Shown in pieces: positions 27,401-64,000 of a stretch of 64,000 nt of DNA (position 1 is its first letter; the number at the start of each line of letters is the position of its first letter). Made by a program: the position numbers and the translations under genes. Where the stretch lies: assembly GCF_001194135.2 (NCBI RefSeq), contig NC_069000.1, positions 14,356,456 to 14,420,455 of the forward strand, read 5' to 3'. Source of the DNA: Octopus bimaculoides (lineage: Eukaryota). The notes under the pieces are model-generated. The model was given only the letters and a program-made list of their open reading frames with translations, did not search any database and had not been told where the DNA came from.

Positions 27401-28674
27401 TTTACTGTGTGAGAGAAGACAGTGAAGGCTATAAGAGGAGAGACGTGGGGGGAGGGGTACCTGGATGGAGCAGGTATACAACAAGCAAATTTAGAGGCCA
27501 TTGTAATAGCAATAAGAAATAAAGAGAAGAAACAACACATTCAAGAGCCAAGTACTTGAAACATGCTGTGTGATTTAATATTTGTCAATCAATCAACGGC
27601 CTCATTTAAGATTTGTGTGTACAACATATCTGCATCTCCTCCTCTTATACCTTTTACTGTCATATATGTGTATATGTCACAAAGGCACACACACACACAT
27701 ATATACATACAACAGGCTTCTTTCAGTTTCTGTCTACCAAATCCACTTACAAGGCATTGGTTGGCCCAAGGCTATAGAATAAGACGCTTATACAAGGGGG
27801 CCATACAGTAGGACTGAACCTGAAACCATGTCGTTGCAAAGCAAACTTCTTACCACACAGCAATCCCTGTGCCTACATGATAATCTAATTAGACCTGGGT
27901 GGTAAAATAGTGAAGAAGTTTGGTTGAGTACTTGCTGTTTTTATTAATGACTGGGTCAATTGTATTTAGCATCTCAAGTGTGATGTGTTCTCGTAATGTG
28001 ATTTTAGTTATGTAAATTTTATAGGCAGACAGAATTTAAGCAATTAAGAATGTCATGAGATGTTAAAGATAGTATTCAAATATATATATATATATATATG
28101 AGGGTTCTGGTGTCTGTCCTACATGCATGTTTTGTAGTATTTAATGCATTTTTCATATATGAAATAACAGAATGCCACACATCCCAACTTTTGTTAACAG
28201 TTTATATTTGATAGCAGAGATACCTGGCATTGCTTGGGATTAAAGAGGCATGGTTTTTTACTGTTTTACTTGTTTTGGTCATGTGACTGCAGACATGCTG
28301 GAGCACCACCTTTAGTCGTAGAAATCGACCCCAGGATTTATTCTTTGTAAGCCTAGTACTTATTCTATCGGAGTGTTTTGTGAAATGGTGCTATAGTAGA
28401 AGATACTTGCCCAAGGTGCTGTGCAGTGGGACTGAGCCCAAAACTGTGTGATTACAAAACAAGCTTCTTAACCACACAACCATGCCTTATATTTTGAATG
28501 GTTTGATCTTTTTGAAAGGTCTGCGTCCATAGAATTTCACAGAACATCTGAAATCAGTGAGATCAAAATGGGTAATGTACCTCTTGAACAGCTCTTAGCT
28601 AAAGGCTATGCTTTAGGTAAAACATTCTAATTGATTGAGATGTTTTGGGAAGGAAAGGAATTATTGTGCAATAA

Positions 28675-28905
28675 GACACCATTTTGAGCATGGCCGTTGC
28701 CAGTACCGCCTGACTGGCCTTCGTGCGGGTGACACGTAAAAGCACCTACTACACTCTCTGAGTGGTTGGCGTTAGGAAGGGCATCCAGCTGTAGAAACTC
28801 TGCCAAATTAGATTGGAGCCTGGTGTTGCTATCCGGTTTCACCAGTCCTCAGTCAAATCGTCCAACCTATGCTAGCATGGAAAGCGGACGTTAAATGATG
28901 ATGTT
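28675..28905 (+). mobile_element. RTE-type LINE/SINE 3' tail element
   Basis: TTGGCGTTAGGAAGGGCATCCAGCTGTAGAAAC...CCATGCTAGCATGGAAAGCGGACGTTAAATGATGATG. Related pieces at 1664-1760, 11745-11880 (-), about 50005-50105, about 21690-21830, 42650-42770 and 54635-54740. Confidence 0.7.
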
Positions 28906-29779
28906 ATGGAGAGAAAAAACTGGAAAGGTGGTTTGTCTAGAGCTTATTCATGAGGTGCTTCATGAGCACTTACAAAGGTACTACTGAAATGACTTTTGGG
29001 GCAGGAGTTCCCTAACCACCAGACCATAGTCCAGTACTGCACCATTGATCATTTAGAATCAGGTTACAGAGAAAGAATAATTTTTAAAAAATTATTCCTA
29101 CTTGATTGACAATCAATGAAACCATGCAGGATGTTTTTGAATTATATATGTATTATATAGATAATAATTAAATTATATATTATGCACTTTATTATGATTT
29201 GTTATGCACCTAATATCTCAGTCTGTGGAAGAATTGCCTTGCAGGAAACCAGTCTGTGGTGCTAAAAAATTTGGGACCAGCAGTTTTAGTTGATAATTGG
29301 TGTTTGTCACCAACACATGTTACTCTAAGTAATTTAGGGCTATGAGATTCCAAACTAAGAATTGTACATTTTCTATTTCAAATATTTCCTTTGGCAGAAG
29401 TAACTATTTTATCTATTCTAGTCCCTTTGCATTCCCATATAAAACATTTCTGGAACTGACAGCAATAAGAACAATCATCATTTCTTAATAATGTTTGCAA
29501 TGACATACACAGGAATGGCTCTGTGGTTAAGAAGTTCACTTCCCGACTGTGTTGTCTTGAGTTCATTTTCACTGTGCTGCACTTTGGGGAAGTGTCTTCA
29601 ACTGTAGCTTCAGGCTGACCAAAGCCTTGTGAGTGGATTTGGTAGACAAACTGAAAGAAGCCTGTCATATGTGCACACATATATATATAGAGAGAAAGAA
29701 GCCTATCATGTATGTATATGCATGTGTGTGTGTGTGTGTACCTTTGTCTTGACATTATATGATAGCTAGATGTTGAAAT

Positions 29780-30360
29780 CATTTGTGCTTGAGCTGATTT
29801 GCTAACTGCAAGGAGCAATATATAACTGTTTATGTTAGGAACTGGCTGTTAACTGTTGGGTACTGGCTGTTATTTCTAGCATTGGAAGTCAACAATTGTA
29901 CATGGGAGAAAATGACAAAACTCTGTTGAGGTTTTATGAACTAAATTTATTTCTCGTTGAGAGAGTTTGAATGTAATCGAAATAGTATTATGACAAATGT
30001 TGAGAGGGTTTGGATGTTATTGTAAATGAGATAGTATTAGCAAAGTTACTGCTAGTCATCGTGTTGTTATTGATAGTTTGTTATGTTGAAAGTTAGCTCT
30101 GTGTTGGTGTTGGTCGCTCGTCATGATGATGTTAACTCAATTCAGCTGCTGCCTATTTGTGTTTGCCATGCCATCTACTGGTTGTCTCTGCTACATCCCA
30201 AAGTGCTCTGGTCGCGTGTGTTGATTTTGATTTTATTCCGATGGGGAGGCTCAGAAAAGTGCGTGCTAAAATTGGATATTAGTCACTGGAGCCTATTCCA
30301 TACGAGGTTGTGGTTGGCCAGACCTCGTTGATCCTGTGGGCAATATTCTTTCCAGGTGAA
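29780..30360 (-). mobile_element. Possible highly decayed LINE AP-endonuclease remnant
   Basis: Minus-strand peptides (RALWDVAETTSR; TNTNTELTFN; IQTLST) loosely recall the I/Jockey-type endonuclease; many stops and frameshifts. Confidence 0.3.
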
Positions 30361-30737
30361 GTCACGACTGGTTAGATTCGCTGATCATGTGGTCAACAAT
30401 CCAGTGAAATGCAACTTTCAGTCATAAATCCAATGAATCGCAACTTTCCATCATAAATGAGCATCACTGTCATACAAGTGAGGTTGCTTGTTTTCAGTCT
30501 TCCATGGGGAAATATTACCTTGCTTAAAAACAAATAAGGGTTGGTGACAGAAAGGGTATCCAGCCAAAGAAAACCGTCTCAACAAACTCGTCTGACCTAT
30601 GCAAGAGTGAAAAAGTGGAAGTTAATTGATGATGATGAATGATTCAGTATTATTTAAATATCTCAAAACATGATATAAATCCCTGTCTTGGGGCTATTCT
30701 ACGGATGATTTGTATAGCAGAAATGTTTGGGAAGAGA

Positions 30738-30772
<35 letters not shown>

Positions 30773-31499
30773 AATGACTTCGCTGACGTTTTGTGTATTG
30801 TGATAGGATCAGATGTAAAACCAGACTTCACTATAATAGTCATAATAGTTAGTCAATTACTAATATTTTCATTTAGTCTGTAATGTGGACGGGAACTCCA
30901 AACATGTTTTAGTTATATTGTCTTCTTTTGAAAATAGTATTCATCAGAATAAGATCGAAACAAAAATCAGTAGATGTGTAAGAGACACCAAGGATTCCTT
31001 AATTCAAAGAGAAATGACGACTATTCTCTATAAAGTAAGGGATAAATGTCCTTCAAGTTGCAACATTCTTAAAATCAGGTATTGTTGACAGTAATTATAA
31101 GAACCTCATTCACGGACGAAACTCCAACTCCTCCTTTAATATCAGAGACTAATTTCTGTCGCGTCTGTACTGGTAGAGGTATTGGTAGCAGTGTCAAGCT
31201 ATGGAAACAATCCAATCAGTTCGTGGTCTTGTCTGAAGATTGAACCACTAATTTCGTCTTTCTTCGTTCGGGACATTTTCCCGAACTTTGTTGTTAGTTT
31301 CTAAGTCCCGCCTACTGTGTTATGAAAATGTTAAATAGTTTGCGTGTAACAGCATTAGACGAGCCAGGTGCATTTTATTAACTCTACACTCACCTGAAGA
31401 CTGGTCAACAGTAAAAAGAGAAGTTGCCAAAATAACTATATCAGTTTTCTACTCGTCGTAAGGGCTTCGATATTTGCATATGTATGAATATTTTAAAGA

Positions 31500-32249
31500 A
31501 AACAGCATATGAAACTAATAAAATCGCAGGCGCATGCTTCAGAGTTTGTTTATAGCTCGAAAGAATTGAATTTGAACATTGTAATATTTCAGACCCTTCA
31601 TAAACTGATGTATTTTTAAGCGGAAAAGATGAGTATGAATATATTACAATAACTGTAAAATTAAGCATTAGAAAATATTTCATTATTATCTGAAAGTCAA
31701 GACTGAAGAACTTCACAAATATTTTATTAATTTAAACAAAACAACACAATGTTTAATGTTCGGGTGGTGAATACGTCTGTTGATATACAGAGAAACCAAA
31801 GTTAATATTAATATATATTTATAAATATATGTATATATTAGCGTGTCAGTTGTTCAAGAGATCTTATAGAATTTATGAGAGCCTTATGAATGATTAATAA
31901 AAAAATCATATTTCTATATGTTGTAATAAATATGAAAGTTGTTTCAATTCAGTAGAGAATGTTAAGGTCAGTAAATTTTGGCGGGGAATACCATCAATCT
32001 GATTGGTCAATATTAGGTCCTGATCGAGGATGTGTAAATTTCATCAACATTTATCCGAAAAGTTTCTAATATGTTGATCGAATGTTAAAAAAAAAACCAA
32101 AGACTTGATAATTGATTCTCGAAGTATTTTAAAATGATTGCTTATGTAAAAATAATTATTATTGATGAGATCGTAGATCTTTAACTCGGAAGGTGTGTAC
32201 TGTTGACGGAGCCATCTTTCCAGGCCTCGATGTTAGCAGGTTTATAGTA

Positions 32250-32250
<1 letters not shown>
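31500..32250. promoter_or_regulatory. Probable trx promoter, possibly bidirectional
   Basis: NRF1-like CGCAGGCGCATGC (31525-31537), E2F-like TTTTGGCGGGAA-type site (31976-31988), reverse CCAAT TGATTGG (about 32000-32006), raised CpG density just upstream of the ATG. Motif matches only; TSS not located. Confidence 0.5.

Positions 32251-64000
<31,750 letters not shown>

Noticed and set aside
32193-32249. Upstream GTG start of the 99-aa ORF
   Set aside because: The menin motif sits at the extreme N-terminus in orthologues, so ATG 32250 is preferred. The ORF tail after 32417 is intron read-through.

Overview
AT-rich, microsatellite- and SINE-dense metazoan DNA with 8 N-gaps. The repeat families suggest an octopus or other coleoid cephalopod (inference). 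From about 32,250 to the window end the + strand carries 19 exons of a trithorax/KMT2A-B (MLL1/2) orthologue. I assembled these by hand with phase-consistent splice junctions: about 6,920 nt, about 2,306 aa, running off the window in the extended PHD4, so FYRN/FYRC/SET lie outside. Domain order: menin-binding motif, LEDGF-type FxGF motif, AT-hook, SNL1-like block, a complete nuclear-receptor-type C4 double zinc finger, a complete CXXC finger, PHD1-3, an atypical bromodomain interrupted by about 650 aa of Ser/Thr-rich sequence, and the start of ePHD4. The main highlight is that one protein carries both the fly-type NR finger and the vertebrate-type CXXC finger, with the NR finger and the CXXC core on in-frame skippable exons. 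The left half holds a decayed Ty3/gypsy (Mag/K02A2.6-like) LTR element with a perfect 99-bp inverted templated insertion, hAT and piggyBac-like MITEs, many tRNA-derived SINEs, and weak evidence for a spliced minus-strand gene and a divergent transcript from the trx promoter. Comparisons with human or fly sequences are from memory and need checking by alignment.
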